A stretch of DNA of 64,000 nucleotides, taken from Bacteroidetes bacterium RIFCSPLOWO2_12_FULL_35_15. GTDB taxonomy: Bacteria > Bacteroidota > Bacteroidia > 2-12-FULL-35-15. Below are positions 27,840 through 38,244 of the stretch, piece after piece. The notes below the pieces were generated by a model. That model was given only the letters and a program-made list of their open reading frames with translations, ran no database searches and was not told the origin of the DNA. Each line of letters opens with the position of its first letter. Position 1 is the first letter of the stretch. The stretch covers positions 21,548 to 85,547 of the forward strand of contig MEPB01000048.1 in NCBI GenBank assembly GCA_001769385.1, read 5' to 3'. Made by a program: the position numbers and the translations under genes.

Positions 27840-29439
27840 TTTTTTTGTACTTTTTCGAGTTTTTCAATACGTTTATTTTGTTCTACAACATACAGGGTTA
27901 GTTCCTCAATTTTTTTCAATAAAAGTTTATTCATTTCTGCAAGGTCAACACCATTTTCAATTACTTCTTTTTCAGACGGTATGCCAGATAAGTGTTTATT
28001 AGTTTTGTAATAATTTTCTACTTCGTTTAATTTTGGAAGGATATAATTTTCATTGAATACATAATCTGCCCAGTTTGAAACAGTAGCAAATGCTGATTGC
28101 ATTACTACTTTGCCGCTTACTGTTAAAAGTGCATCCGCATAATGCAGGCTATTTGCCGTTAACTGTTGGGTACCAATTACCACCTTACCATGTAGAATGG
28201 AATTACCGTTTACATCTAATTTTGCGTTTGGGGTATCTGTGCCAATACCAACTAATCCAGCTTGTCCATTAAACCAGTACACATAATTACATTCCCTCCA
28301 TTATCACCAGCACTCATATAAATATTTCCTCCACTTGGTCCAGTACACATTAATACATCTTTACCGCAATAATAATTTACTAATAAACGTGGTGCTATAC
28401 CATCGCTATTCTCTCCAGCGATATCTATTATTCCATTTGCGCCATCCCAACCCATTGACATTAGATTGGAAAACCCATCGGAAGTATATCCTCCCGATGC
28501 TAATAAACCTTCAAAATAATTAAGAGGTACTGTGGGTGCAAAACAAAAACTTGGTGGAGGTATAGGGTCGACAGGGCCAAAACTTAAGACCTCAGAATGT
28601 CCGGCTGAAGCTGGTGTGAAGCTTATTTTTTTGTTCCCTGCAAAAGTAAGACTGCCGTTGGCGGTAAAATTCCCACTTACTTTAACATCTCCATTCACAT
28701 CCAATTTAGCCTGTGGAGCTTTTGTTCCAATACCAAAATTTCCGGTGGTGGTTTGTATAATGTCATTGTTGTTTACTTGTAAACCTGTAAAGGTTGAAAT
28801 TTCTTGCCAGACACCACTACTCGAAAGTACTTGGGTAAAACTATTGTTAAATTGAATGTGTTCAATTTTTCCATTTTGATCATGTTTGATAATCCCTTCA
28901 CCTTGCCCATTTAAATTATGAAGAATAAGATCACCGTCAATCCGCAAATTTCCGTTCACGTGTAATTTTTCCATTGGTGAAACGGTTCCAATCCCAACCT
29001 TCCCTGGAGCGGTTTGTATAATGTCAGTATTGTTTAATTGTAAACCGATGAGGGTTGAAATTTCACTCCAAACACCACTACTGCTTAATACCTGTGAAAA
29101 ATTTTGGTTAAAAGGGATACGTTCAATTTTTCCTAAATTATCATACCTGATAATTCCATTTCCTGTCCCGCTTAAATTCTTTAAGAACAAATCGGCATTC
29201 GGATCAATTTCCAATGCTTTTAAATTATTAGTCCTGAAAATTAAGGAGGTGGCATTGGTAGTGCCAATAAAATCTGTACTGGTAACACTATTTCCATTGG
29301 TGTTCCATTTTTGCTGATTCTGAGGCAAAGGAGTTGCCGGGCCCTGGGCAAGTACATTTACCACAGATAAAATAATTAAGTTAATTAAGAGTAGCGCTTT
29401 GTTGAAAAAAGCGTGCGTTGGCAAAAGCGTGCGTTTCAT
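27836..29439 (-). pseudogene. Secreted fibre-like protein (GIGTxxP repeats, C-terminal WADYVF coiled-coil/chaperone-like domain) split by a 1-bp frameshift
   Basis: ORFs 28252-29439 and 27836-28282 overlap. Adding one base at 28271-28273 gives ...MCTG-FNGQAGLVGIGT... There is also an internal 87-aa (261-bp) tandem duplication. Confidence 0.7.
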
Positions 29440-29612
29440 TTTTTCGGGTTTTAAGTTAGGGAAATTAGAGTATGCTTTGGCTAACCTAGTTCAAGTATTT
29501 ATGAAAAGCAAATTTCTTATTCAAATTTAGCCGGCATTTTTATCCAACGGTGGTTTTTTTGATCCTGCGGTAGTTTTCTGTCGCAAAAGGGTGATAAGGC
29601 TCATGTTTATTT

Positions 29613-29710
29613 GCTGCAGATTTACAGACTGACTCTTCTTTTTAAAAGTATTAAATACTATAATCATTGCCACTGCAATTAATCTTTTTTAAAATCAGCG
29701 AATCTGCGGC
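29613..29710. repeat. Short imperfect inverted repeat related to the GCAGAT repeat family
   Basis: GCTGCAGATTTACAGACT (29613) versus reverse complement GCCGCAGATTCGCTGATT (29693-29710); 13/18 match. Confidence 0.45.
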
Positions 29711-29774
29711 TGTATCCTTAAGCTCTTCAAAGGCACAATTTTAGAGAGCCAGACATAACCCTGCCCCAGGCATT

Positions 29775-31436
29775 TTATTTTCGATACAGCACCCTCAACA
29801 TTTTTTCATCTCTTTTATACACATCAATAAAAAAGTGCAACTCATTACAATCATCTGCTTCCACCGTAAAATAATTAATATAAATTGGGATCGGATGTTT
29901 GATGTAAACATATTTTTGTCTTTCAATACGAAGATCCTTTTTTAAGGAGTCAAAAGGATAATTGAGACTATCGTCACGGATCAGGAATTTTGCAAAATCC
30001 ATGAACTTTTCTAAACGCACACAACCGTGACTCATGGCTCGCATTTCGCGATTAAAAAGTCTTCGGTTATCCGTATCGTGCATATATACACCATATTTAT
30101 TTTCGAAATTAAATTTTAAAATTCCAAGTGAATTGTCGTCACCCATGCGTTGACGCAATTTCCAGGGGAAATAATTTTTAGTGTATTTTTTCCAGTTAAT
30201 AACTGTGTCAACAATATTATTATACCTGTCAAGCACATCAAAATTTTTCCTTCGCAAATAAGAAGTATCTCGTTTTAAAATGGGTAAAATTTCTTTTGTG
30301 GCAATACTAAGCGGAACGGTCCAGTATGGATAAATAATAAAATAACGAATCGTACTTTTCAGCAATGGCGTTGGATGATCAGGTGTCCCCGTAATCACCC
30401 GCGATTTCATCACCAGTGTATCTTCTTCTATCACCCGCATTTCATACTTAGGAATATTCACCCAAACAAATTGTTTTTCGGCAGGTGCATTTTTCCATCG
30501 CCAACGTTCCATATTTAGTTCTATCTGATGGATGTAATCTTGTTTGGTTCGTTGCAAAGCTTTAAATGTAAGTTTGCCGATCTTCCCATCTTCAGTTAAA
30601 TTATTTTTGCATTGAAAATTTTTGATCGCTTTTGCTAATTTGATCGAATCATTACCACTAACTTCTTTATAATAATCATGACTGGCTATCAAACGGTTTT
30701 TTAAACGTTCCTTAAATGTTAATGAATCTGATTCGCGACTTGCTAAACTATCCCAGTCTGAATCTTTAAATTCAAATTTGAAATTTTTTAATGCCTTTTT
30801 TAATTTCCGGTACTGCTCATTTTTGGGCTCCAGAGAATCGATTGCGGAGCGAATTGCATTTTTCGTTAATGCGGCATTTAAAATTACTACCAAATTGGTA
30901 TCCATTTGATCTGCTTTCCACTCACGGGTGAGACTATCCGCATTTAAGCGACCTTTATGAACGTTTATGGCAAAAGTAAAAAAGGCATCCGTTAATAACA
31001 GGTCGAGTTCTGAAACTTTTACAGCATCAAATTTTTTAGTTACACTATCTTTTTCTGTTTTTATTAAACTATCAATTTTTTCTATATGGTAATCCCTTGA
31101 GATCAAACCATATTCATCCGCATTTTTCAAGATTGTTAAAAGGGTATCACCTTGTTTATTAAGTTTTCCTTTATCGGTCCAGCTAACTTCAAAATCCTTT
31201 ATCTGATAAAATTCGATAATAGATTTGCTTGAAAAAAGACTGTCGTTCGCAATAATCAGTGTTTTTAAAGTGTCGGCATCTTCGAGTTGATCGGACAGCA
31301 GATCAGTTACTTCTTCATTGATAAGTTCGGGATCTTCCACCAATACAATTGGCTTCGGTTTTGGTTCCGAACATTTATTACAACCCAGAATAGTGAATAC
31401 AACAAATAGAAAGAAAAATGAAGTTTTGCGATACAA
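29775..31436 (-). CDS. L,D-transpeptidase (YcbB/LdtD-like) lipoprotein
   Basis: ILGC lipobox, PG-binding segment (KNFQ..NNL..DGKIGK.T), NMERWRW, VNIP, YMHDT and AMSHGCVRL. Confidence 0.93.
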   Translation of the reverse strand: MYRKTSFFFLFVVFTILGCNKCSEPKPKPIVLVEDPELINEEVTDLLSDQLEDADTLKTLIIANDSLFSSKSIIEFYQIKDFEVSWTDKGKLNKQGDTLLTILKNADEYGLISRDYHIEKIDSLIKTEKDSVTKKFDAVKVSELDLLLTDAFFTFAINVHKGRLNADSLTREWKADQMDTNLVVILNAALTKNAIRSAIDSLEPKNEQYRKLKKALKNFKFEFKDSDWDSLASRESDSLTFKERLKNRLIASHDYYKEVSGNDSIKLAKAIKNFQCKNNLTEDGKIGKLTFKALQRTKQDYIHQIELNMERWRWKNAPAEKQFVWVNIPKYEMRVIEEDTLVMKSRVITGTPDHPTPLLKSTIRYFIIYPYWTVPLSIATKEILPILKRDTSYLRRKNFDVLDRYNNIVDTVINWKKYTKNYFPWKLRQRMGDDNSLGILKFNFENKYGVYMHDTDNRRLFNREMRAMSHGCVRLEKFMDFAKFLIRDDSLNYPFDSLKKDLRIERQKYVYIKHPIPIYINYFTVEADDCNELHFFIDVYKRDEKMLRVLYRK

Positions 31437-31455
31437 GGGAAAAAAATTTGTTCTT

Positions 31456-31463
31456 CAAAGGTA
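31456..31463 (-). promoter_or_regulatory. Putative -7 box (TACCTTTG) for the L,D-transpeptidase gene
   Basis: TAnnTTTG consensus 20 bp upstream of the start. Confidence 0.5.
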
Positions 31464-31662
31464 CAAAATTGCCCTACATGGCAGGAAGAAACTAATTATA
31501 TTAAAAGTATGCACCATAAATCCGCTTTAAAAGGATTTTGTGCTATTAACAAGTTGTTAACAATTGAGCAAAGTTTTTAACGACCTGTTTTTTATCATCT
31601 TTTTTAATGCTTAATTTGATTTTTAAATAAAATCATACTATTAACAGGACTAATTTTTACTA

Positions 31663-32232
31663 ATGAAAATAAAAAACATTTTCTCTATAACCTTAATTAT
31701 TGTGGCTATGGTTGTAGCTTTTAACTCAAGCGGGATTGCACAAGCAAGTTATTACAAAGGGTATGTCATATTATTAACCGGAGATACACTCAAAGGAGAG
31801 ATCAAAATGAACCCCAAACGCGAATTTGATAATTTTACCAAAGCTTCTTACCGAAAAAGTGAAGGGTCGGAAATAAAAACATTTAGTCCTAAAAAGATCA
31901 AAGAATACCATGTTAATGGAATAATTTATGTTTCGAGAAATATCGAAGGGGAACAAATTTTCATGAAACAACTTTCAGGTGGATGGGTTAACTTATACGA
32001 AGCACAAGTGGAAGTATATCAAATGAATGAACTGAAGATCAAATCGGATTATTACATGGAAAAAGTAGCTGAAGCCGGTCCAATAAAAATAAAATCAGGT
32101 AGGTTTAGAAAGCAGGTAGAAGAAGTAATGTCGGACAATCTGGAAATAGTAAAAGCCTTACAGGATAAAACGTACGACTACGAGAATATTGTTGAAGTAT
32201 TTAACAGCTATAATAAATCTGCAAAAAATTAA
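31663..32232 (+). CDS. Hypothetical secreted protein
   Basis: Signal peptide; GYVILLTGDTLKGEI motif common in Bacteroidota hypotheticals. Confidence 0.8.
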   Translation: MKIKNIFSITLIIVAMVVAFNSSGIAQASYYKGYVILLTGDTLKGEIKMNPKREFDNFTKASYRKSEGSEIKTFSPKKIKEYHVNGIIYVSRNIEGEQIFMKQLSGGWVNLYEAQVEVYQMNELKIKSDYYMEKVAEAGPIKIKSGRFRKQVEEVMSDNLEIVKALQDKTYDYENIVEVFNSYNKSAKN

Positions 32233-32245
32233 CTATTGATATAGC

Positions 32246-32284
32246 AAAAAAAAGAGGCTGATGAACATCAGCCTCTTTTTTTTG
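32246..32284 (+). terminator. Rho-independent terminator
   Basis: A-run-GAGGCTGATG-aa-CATCAGCCTC-T-run. Confidence 0.88.
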
Positions 32285-32330
32285 TATAAATTAAAATAAA
32301 TGAGGTAATTTGCCTCTTGCCTTATGAAAC

Positions 32331-33461
32331 GTGTCGATTAGGAAATACATACTTCTTTTTACAGTCCTCTTTTTTTTCTGTGATTTTTATCCATCACAAA
32401 AAAAAGTAGAATTGCTCGTGGCTGAATATGACGATAATGCCGCTATTAATCATTTACAATATCTGAACAATTATGTTTTTCTGGATGGTGTGATGGTTTC
32501 AAAAGAAACCATTTTAAGTGTTCCAACCGAAAAAATTGGTGTAAAAGGCAACTATGTAAGATTTGATATTGGTAAAAATAAGATCTATCGTAATCGTTAT
32601 GTTGTAACAGGTATTGGCAACATCATTGATTTCAGAAATAAAAAATTATTGCTTACCGAAAAAGATGAATTTGTGGCATTTCAAGGTGATAGTATTGTAT
32701 TTCATACCGATGATATTTTTAAAGGCAACTATTTTTCTGTATTCAACCTGAAAACTGAAAAATATCAAAAAGTAGAAAATGCAAACTTTAATCCCATCCC
32801 CAGACCGGATGTGGAGGTGGATGAAACAACCAAGCCGTTTAGCATTAACATGTATCGTGTAAACGGAAAAAAAGAAGTACTGGTGAAAGATGCCGGTTAT
32901 GGAGAATCTCAGCCGCTTATTGGAGAAGATGTAAAACGGAAGTTCCCTATCTTCTGGCTGAATAATACTTCGTTTTTATATGTCAATTTCAATAAGAATC
33001 AGCAAATAGCAAGTATTTATAAAGTAAATACGGACAATACCTCCGAAAAAATTGCTGATATAGAGGAAATCCCGGCAAGTGCGGAAAATACATTTTTTGA
33101 ATTTGGTGAAGGTGGTGCTGTAATTTATTCCTGTGGAAAAGGCCGTTTCCAAATAGATCTGGTAAAAAAGAAAGCGGATAAGATTTTATTTGAGACGATT
33201 GGAAATAATTTTTTTGTTGAATCAGAAGAAAATCCAAAATATGGAAGAATGATAAAATTTGATACCAAAGAAATAGGAAAAAAATGGTGTCGGTTTGATA
33301 ATGCGAAAACAATAAATGGTTTTGCAGCTTTTCAAAATGATATGGTAATTGGTACCGAACGTTATCCACAAGGAGTTGTCGTTTGGAATACAATAACAAA
33401 TAAATGGACCACACTGGAAATCTCCTCGCTGGCAGAAATTATTGGCTGGGTGGAGAACTAA
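32331..33461 (+). CDS. Hypothetical exported protein (beta-rich)
   Basis: 376-aa ORF with a hydrophobic N-terminus; no motif recognised. Confidence 0.75.
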   Translation: MSIRKYILLFTVLFFFCDFYPSQKKVELLVAEYDDNAAINHLQYLNNYVFLDGVMVSKETILSVPTEKIGVKGNYVRFDIGKNKIYRNRYVVTGIGNIIDFRNKKLLLTEKDEFVAFQGDSIVFHTDDIFKGNYFSVFNLKTEKYQKVENANFNPIPRPDVEVDETTKPFSINMYRVNGKKEVLVKDAGYGESQPLIGEDVKRKFPIFWLNNTSFLYVNFNKNQQIASIYKVNTDNTSEKIADIEEIPASAENTFFEFGEGGAVIYSCGKGRFQIDLVKKKADKILFETIGNNFFVESEENPKYGRMIKFDTKEIGKKWCRFDNAKTINGFAAFQNDMVIGTERYPQGVVVWNTITNKWTTLEISSLAEIIGWVEN

Positions 33462-33554
33462 GATAAAATAGTTTAAAGTTTGAAGGTTCTATTCTCATTA
33501 ACACTTTTTACTTAAGAACTTTAATTTTTTTAATTCGGGCAACAATTAAAAATT

Positions 33555-33562
33555 TACCTTTG
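33555..33562 (+). promoter_or_regulatory. Putative -7 box (TACCTTTG) upstream of pdxA
   Basis: TAnnTTTG consensus. Confidence 0.5.
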
Positions 33563-33675
33563 CCCTCTCTTAAAATAAGAAATTTAGTTTTAGGATTCGT
33601 TTAACGAACTTTTTAAATTAAACTTTCGAACTTTAAACCTTGTCCTGATCAAATTCAGGATCTAATAAAAGTAAA

Positions 33676-34734
33676 ATGTCAGAAGAAAAAATAATTGTCG
33701 GGATTTCACAAGGCGATATTAATGGGATAGGGTTAGAAGTGATCATAAAAACATTTCTGGATCCACAAATGTTTGATATCTGTACTCCTGTTGTTTTTGG
33801 TTCAAACAAAACGGCTTCTTTTCATCGTAAGGCATTAAATATTGAAGACTTTAGTTTTAATCAGATCAAGGATGTTTCAGAAATAAATCATAAGCGCGCT
33901 AATATTATCAACGTGTATGAGGAAGAGGTGAATGTGGAGCTGGGCAAACAAACTGCTGATGGTGGAAAATACGCATTAAAATCTCTGGAAGCAGCAGCTT
34001 ATGCATTGGCTCAGGGGAAAATTCATGTATTGGTTACTGCACCAATTAATAAGGAGAATATTCAATCTCCCGATTTTAAGTTCCCTGGTCATACCGAGTA
34101 TCTGGATGAAAAATTTGCCGATGGGAAAAGCAGTTTAATGTTTTTAGTGAGTGATACTTTACGTGTAGCTGTTGCCACTGGTCATATTCCCGTAACACAG
34201 GTTGCCCAGGCACTAACTTCCGAAAAAATTCAAAGCAAGTTACAAGCATTGAACAAATCACTGATTCAGGATTTTGAGATCCGTAAACCTAAAATTGCCG
34301 TTTTAGGTTTAAATCCTCATGCCGGAGATAATGGCGTGATAGGAAACGAAGAACAAAACATCATTATTCCGGCAATTAACAAAATGAAGGAGGAAGGCAT
34401 GTTGGTTTATGGTCCTTACTCAGCAGATGGTTTTTTTGGAAATGGGGCATACAAAAATTTTGATGCAGTATTAGCCATGTATCACGATCAGGGATTGATA
34501 CCTTTTAAAACAATTGCATTTAATTCGGGAGTGAATTTTACAGCCGGATTACCAATTGTCCGCACCTCCCCGGATCATGGAACAGCTTATGATATTGCAG
34601 GAAAAAATGTGGCTTCCGAAGAATCTTTTCGAAGAGCAATATATACTGCAATTGATATTTATAAAAGACGTAAATTGTTTAAAGAGATAAGCATCAATCC
34701 CTTAAAGATTAACCCAATAAAACGGGAACGGTAA
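33676..34734 (+). CDS. pdxA: 4-hydroxythreonine-4-phosphate dehydrogenase
   Basis: GDINGIG, VTAPINK, FPGHTEYL, LNPHAG, AMYHDQG and RTSPDHGTA. Confidence 0.96.
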   Translation: MSEEKIIVGISQGDINGIGLEVIIKTFLDPQMFDICTPVVFGSNKTASFHRKALNIEDFSFNQIKDVSEINHKRANIINVYEEEVNVELGKQTADGGKYALKSLEAAAYALAQGKIHVLVTAPINKENIQSPDFKFPGHTEYLDEKFADGKSSLMFLVSDTLRVAVATGHIPVTQVAQALTSEKIQSKLQALNKSLIQDFEIRKPKIAVLGLNPHAGDNGVIGNEEQNIIIPAINKMKEEGMLVYGPYSADGFFGNGAYKNFDAVLAMYHDQGLIPFKTIAFNSGVNFTAGLPIVRTSPDHGTAYDIAGKNVASEESFRRAIYTAIDIYKRRKLFKEISINPLKINPIKRER

Positions 34735-34768
34735 AGATCTCATCTGCCAAAAAACATATTTAATAGAT

Positions 34769-34806
34769 AAAAATCGGTTAAAAAGCTTGTTTTTTATCCG
34801 ATTTTT
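34769..34806 (+). terminator. Possible terminator hairpin after pdxA
   Basis: AAAAATCGG(t)TAAAAA / TTTTTA(t)CCGATTTTT imperfect inverted repeat. Confidence 0.5.
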
Positions 34807-34852
34807 CAATTTTTCAACACAAAACCACCCGAAATTATATTTTCATCAATAT

Positions 34853-34882
34853 TTTGAAGTAAGGCAGAATTTTTTACCTTTG
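34853..34882 (+). promoter_or_regulatory. Bacteroidota sigma70 promoter (-33 TTTG, -7 TACCTTTG) for the yceD-rpmF operon
   Basis: TTTG at 34853-34856, an 18-bp spacer, then TACCTTTG at 34875-34882. Confidence 0.6.
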
Positions 34883-34909
34883 TGACCTTTCTTTAAAACT
34901 TAGGCAAAA

Positions 34910-35443
34910 ATGCAGACCAGAAAAGAATATATTATTCAGTTTGTAGGTTTGAGTGTTGGAGAGCATTTATTTGAATTTAATATCAGTGATTCGTTCTTTG
35001 AAGGCCTTGATTATTCTGAAATAAAACAAGGTAACATTAACGTTATTCTCAAATTATTAAAACAATCCAGTATGATGGTTTTTAGTTTTGAGATCAGCGG
35101 AACAGTAAGAATGAATTGCGATCGTTGTGCGGCAGAATTTGATTTGCCAATCAATGGAAACTATAAACTGATTGTGAAAGTAGGAGGGAATGATGCAAGT
35201 GGCGAAGATGATGATATTATTACCATTGCTGCCAATGAACATGAATTAGATCTGTCACAATATTTGTATGAATACATTACACTTTCTTTGCCGGGTAAAC
35301 GAGTTCATCCGGATGATAAAAAAGGGAAAAGTACATGCGATAAAGAAATGCTAAAAAAACTAGATCATTTTATTACTGAAGAAGAGAAAGAGGAGGAAAA
35401 CGATCCTCGTTGGAACGATCTGAAAAATATAAAATTAAATTAA
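34910..35443 (+). CDS. yceD: DUF177 (YceD) family protein
   Basis: CDRC motif, YEYITLSLP and C-terminal DPRWNDL; directly upstream of rpmF. Confidence 0.9.
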   Translation: MQTRKEYIIQFVGLSVGEHLFEFNISDSFFEGLDYSEIKQGNINVILKLLKQSSMMVFSFEISGTVRMNCDRCAAEFDLPINGNYKLIVKVGGNDASGEDDDIITIAANEHELDLSQYLYEYITLSLPGKRVHPDDKKGKSTCDKEMLKKLDHFITEEEKEEENDPRWNDLKNIKLN

Positions 35444-35478
35444 AAAGTAAATAATAACAATTAAATAAATACAGTAAA

Positions 35479-35664
35479 ATGCCACATCCTAAGCGAAAAT
35501 TATCGAGATCGAGAAGAGACAGCCGTAGAGGTCAAGACAAAGCAGTAGCGTCAACCCTTTCAACATGTTCAAATTGCGGAGCCCCAACATTGTACCACCG
35601 TGTTTGTGGTGAATGTGGTTTCTACAGAGGAAAACTAGCAGTTGAGAAAAAAGTTTCTGCTTAA
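35479..35664 (+). CDS. rpmF: 50S ribosomal protein L32
   Basis: MPHPKRKLSRSRRDSRR, CSNCG...HRVCGECGFYRG. Confidence 0.96.
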   Translation: MPHPKRKLSRSRRDSRRGQDKAVASTLSTCSNCGAPTLYHRVCGECGFYRGKLAVEKKVSA

Positions 35665-35762
35665 TAAATTAAGTTAAATAAGTAATTGGTTAATCGGGTA
35701 TTTAAGCAATGTGTGCTTAGCCTTATTTTTCTGTTTACTCAATAACCATTAGCTTTTCATTT

Positions 35763-36701
35763 ATGAAGATAGGTATAGATATTATGGGCGGTGATTTTGC
35801 ACCCGAAGCAACAATTTTCGGGGCAATTTTAGCTAGTAATGAGTTACCAAAAAATATTCACCTTGTATTAATTGGTGATAAGGATCAGATAGTTGCTGGT
35901 ATCAAAAAGCATGAGGCTGATCCAAAGAATTTTGAAATCGTTCATACCACCGATATTGTTGGTATGGGGGAGCACCCTACTAAAGTCTTTTCACAAAAAC
36001 CCAACTCCTCAATGGCTGTTGGGTTTCGTCTTTTAAAAGAAGGGAAAATCGATGGCTTTGCCAGCAACGGAAATACAGGTGCTATGCTTGTTGGTTCTAT
36101 GTTTAGCATAAAAGTAGTTCCCGGTGTGATCCGTCCTTGCATCACTGTTATCTTACCCAAAGAAAATGGTGGCGTGGGTCTTTTATTAGATGTGGGTACC
36201 AATGCTGATTGTAAGCCGGATGTGTTATATCAGTTCGGTGTACTCGGATCTTTATATGCCGAACATGTTTATGGGATCAAAAATCCAAAAGTTGCTTTAT
36301 TAAATATTGGTGAAGAGCCGGAAAAAGGGAACCTGGTTGCGCAAGCAGCTCATTCGTTAATGAAGGATTCTAAAGATTTTAATTTCATCGGAAATGTGGA
36401 AGGTCGTGATATTTTTAATGACTTTGCAGATGTTATTGTATGCGATGGCTTCACTGGAAATGTGGTTTTAAAAGAAGCCGAAGCTTTTTATACGATGATC
36501 AAAAAGAGAGGATTGAGTGATCCCTACTTCGATCGGTTTAATTATGAAAATTATGGAGGAACACCCGTGTTAGGTGTTAATTCTACGGTCATGATCGGAC
36601 ACGGCATTTCAAATGAAATTGCAGTGAAAAATATGATATTACTTACAAAAGGTGTTGTTGAGGCTAAATTAGCCGACAAAATAAAAGACGTATTTCAATA
36701 A
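35763..36701 (+). CDS. plsX: Phosphate acyltransferase PlsX
   Basis: IDIMGGDFAP, GNTGA, LNIGEE..KG and VCDGFTGNVVLK. Confidence 0.96.
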   Translation: MKIGIDIMGGDFAPEATIFGAILASNELPKNIHLVLIGDKDQIVAGIKKHEADPKNFEIVHTTDIVGMGEHPTKVFSQKPNSSMAVGFRLLKEGKIDGFASNGNTGAMLVGSMFSIKVVPGVIRPCITVILPKENGGVGLLLDVGTNADCKPDVLYQFGVLGSLYAEHVYGIKNPKVALLNIGEEPEKGNLVAQAAHSLMKDSKDFNFIGNVEGRDIFNDFADVIVCDGFTGNVVLKEAEAFYTMIKKRGLSDPYFDRFNYENYGGTPVLGVNSTVMIGHGISNEIAVKNMILLTKGVVEAKLADKIKDVFQ

Positions 36702-37696
36702 TGACAAAAACTACCGCTTCTATCACTGCTGTTGCAGGATATGTTCCTGATTACATTCTTTCAAATGAGGAATTAGTAAAAATGGTTTCTACTGATGCGA
36801 ACTGGATCGAAACACGTACAGGAATCAAAGAACGAAGAATATTAAAAGGAGAAGGCTTAGGAACATCTGATATGGCAGTGATCGCTATCGAACGATTGTT
36901 AAAAAAACGTGGCATTACCCCATTGGATATCGATATGATCATTGTGGCTTCTGTTACTCCTGATTTGATTTTTCCTTCAACTTCCAATATTATCTGTGAT
37001 AAAATAGGAGCAACCAATGCCTGGGGATTCGACCTGGCAGCAGCTTGTTCAGGATTTATTTTTGCACTTACAACAGGAACTCAGTTTATTGAGACCGGTA
37101 AATGCAAAAAAGTAATAGTAGTTGGAGCAGATAAAATGTCCTCTATTTTAGATTATACCGATCGTTCCACGTGTATAATTTTTGGTGATGGTGCAGGAGC
37201 CGTATTACTGGAGCCAACTACAGACGGGCATGGAGTTATCGATTCCATATTAGGAGTTGATGGTTCGGGCAGGGCTCATTTACATCAAAAAGCAGGAGGT
37301 TCTGTAAAGCCTCCTTCACATGCCACTATTGATGCAAAAGAACATTTTGTATATCAGGAAGGACAAGCAGTCTTTAAAAGAGCTGTTGTAGGAATGGCAG
37401 AAGTTTCGGCAGAAATAATGGTAAAAAATAAGTTAACAGCTGATGATGTTGCATGGTTGGTGCCGCATCAGGCAAATAAACGGATCATCGATGCCACGGC
37501 TGAACGCATGGGTTTATCATCTGAAAAAGTGATGTTGAATATTCAAAAATATGGTAATACCACTGCAGCAACAATACCATTATGCTTATGGGATTATGAA
37601 AAACAATTAAAAAAGGGTGACAATATTATTTTGTCAACTTTTGGCGCAGGTTTTACCTGGGGAGCAATTTATGTTAAATGGGCATATAACTCTTAA
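36701..37696 (+). CDS. fabH: Beta-ketoacyl-ACP synthase III
   Basis: AACSGF, FGDGAGA, PHQANKRI, GNTTAA and FGAGFTWG. Confidence 0.96.
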   Translation: MTKTTASITAVAGYVPDYILSNEELVKMVSTDANWIETRTGIKERRILKGEGLGTSDMAVIAIERLLKKRGITPLDIDMIIVASVTPDLIFPSTSNIICDKIGATNAWGFDLAAACSGFIFALTTGTQFIETGKCKKVIVVGADKMSSILDYTDRSTCIIFGDGAGAVLLEPTTDGHGVIDSILGVDGSGRAHLHQKAGGSVKPPSHATIDAKEHFVYQEGQAVFKRAVVGMAEVSAEIMVKNKLTADDVAWLVPHQANKRIIDATAERMGLSSEKVMLNIQKYGNTTAATIPLCLWDYEKQLKKGDNIILSTFGAGFTWGAIYVKWAYNS

Positions 37697-37754
37697 TTTA
37701 CTTGGAATGAAAATTTATTTTTTATAGAGTACTAATTTTAAAAAATTAAATCAA

Positions 37755-38243
37755 ATGAAATTAAACGAAATACAGGATTTAATAAAGTTTGTTGCAAAAT
37801 CTGGCGTTAGCGAGGTTGAACTAGAGACTAAAGATGTGAAAATTATCATCAAAACTCCTGCAGGAAGAGGAAAAGAACAGGTTTTTGTTCAGCCTGTTAC
37901 ACAACCTGTTGCTCAAGTTGCAGCGCCTGTAACTCAACAAGTAGTTACAACATCTCAGGAAATAAAAACTGCTGAACCAGTTGTAACTTCAGAAGAAGCA
38001 AAATACATTACCGTAAAATCTCCGATGATAGGAACCTTTTATCGTTCTTCTTCACCTGATAAGCCTTCCTTTGTAAATGTAGGTGATGATATTGATACCG
38101 GTAAAGTAATTTGCATTATTGAAGCAATGAAGCTGTTCAATGAAATAGAGTCAGAAGTTAAAGGGAAAATTGTAAAAGTATTGGTAAATGATGCAACTCC
38201 GGTTGAATACGATCAACCATTATTTTTAGTAGATCCAAGTTAA
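37755..38243 (+). CDS. accB: Acetyl-CoA carboxylase biotin carboxyl carrier protein
   Basis: SPMIGTFY and the EAMKLFNEI biotinylation motif. Confidence 0.96.
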   Translation: MKLNEIQDLIKFVAKSGVSEVELETKDVKIIIKTPAGRGKEQVFVQPVTQPVAQVAAPVTQQVVTTSQEIKTAEPVVTSEEAKYITVKSPMIGTFYRSSSPDKPSFVNVGDDIDTGKVICIIEAMKLFNEIESEVKGKIVKVLVNDATPVEYDQPLFLVDPS

Positions 38244-38244
38244 G

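Noticed and set aside
27836-29439. Prophage tail fibre / prophage
   Set aside because: The protein has a signal-peptide-like N-terminus and no other phage genes (terminase, capsid, integrase) are present.
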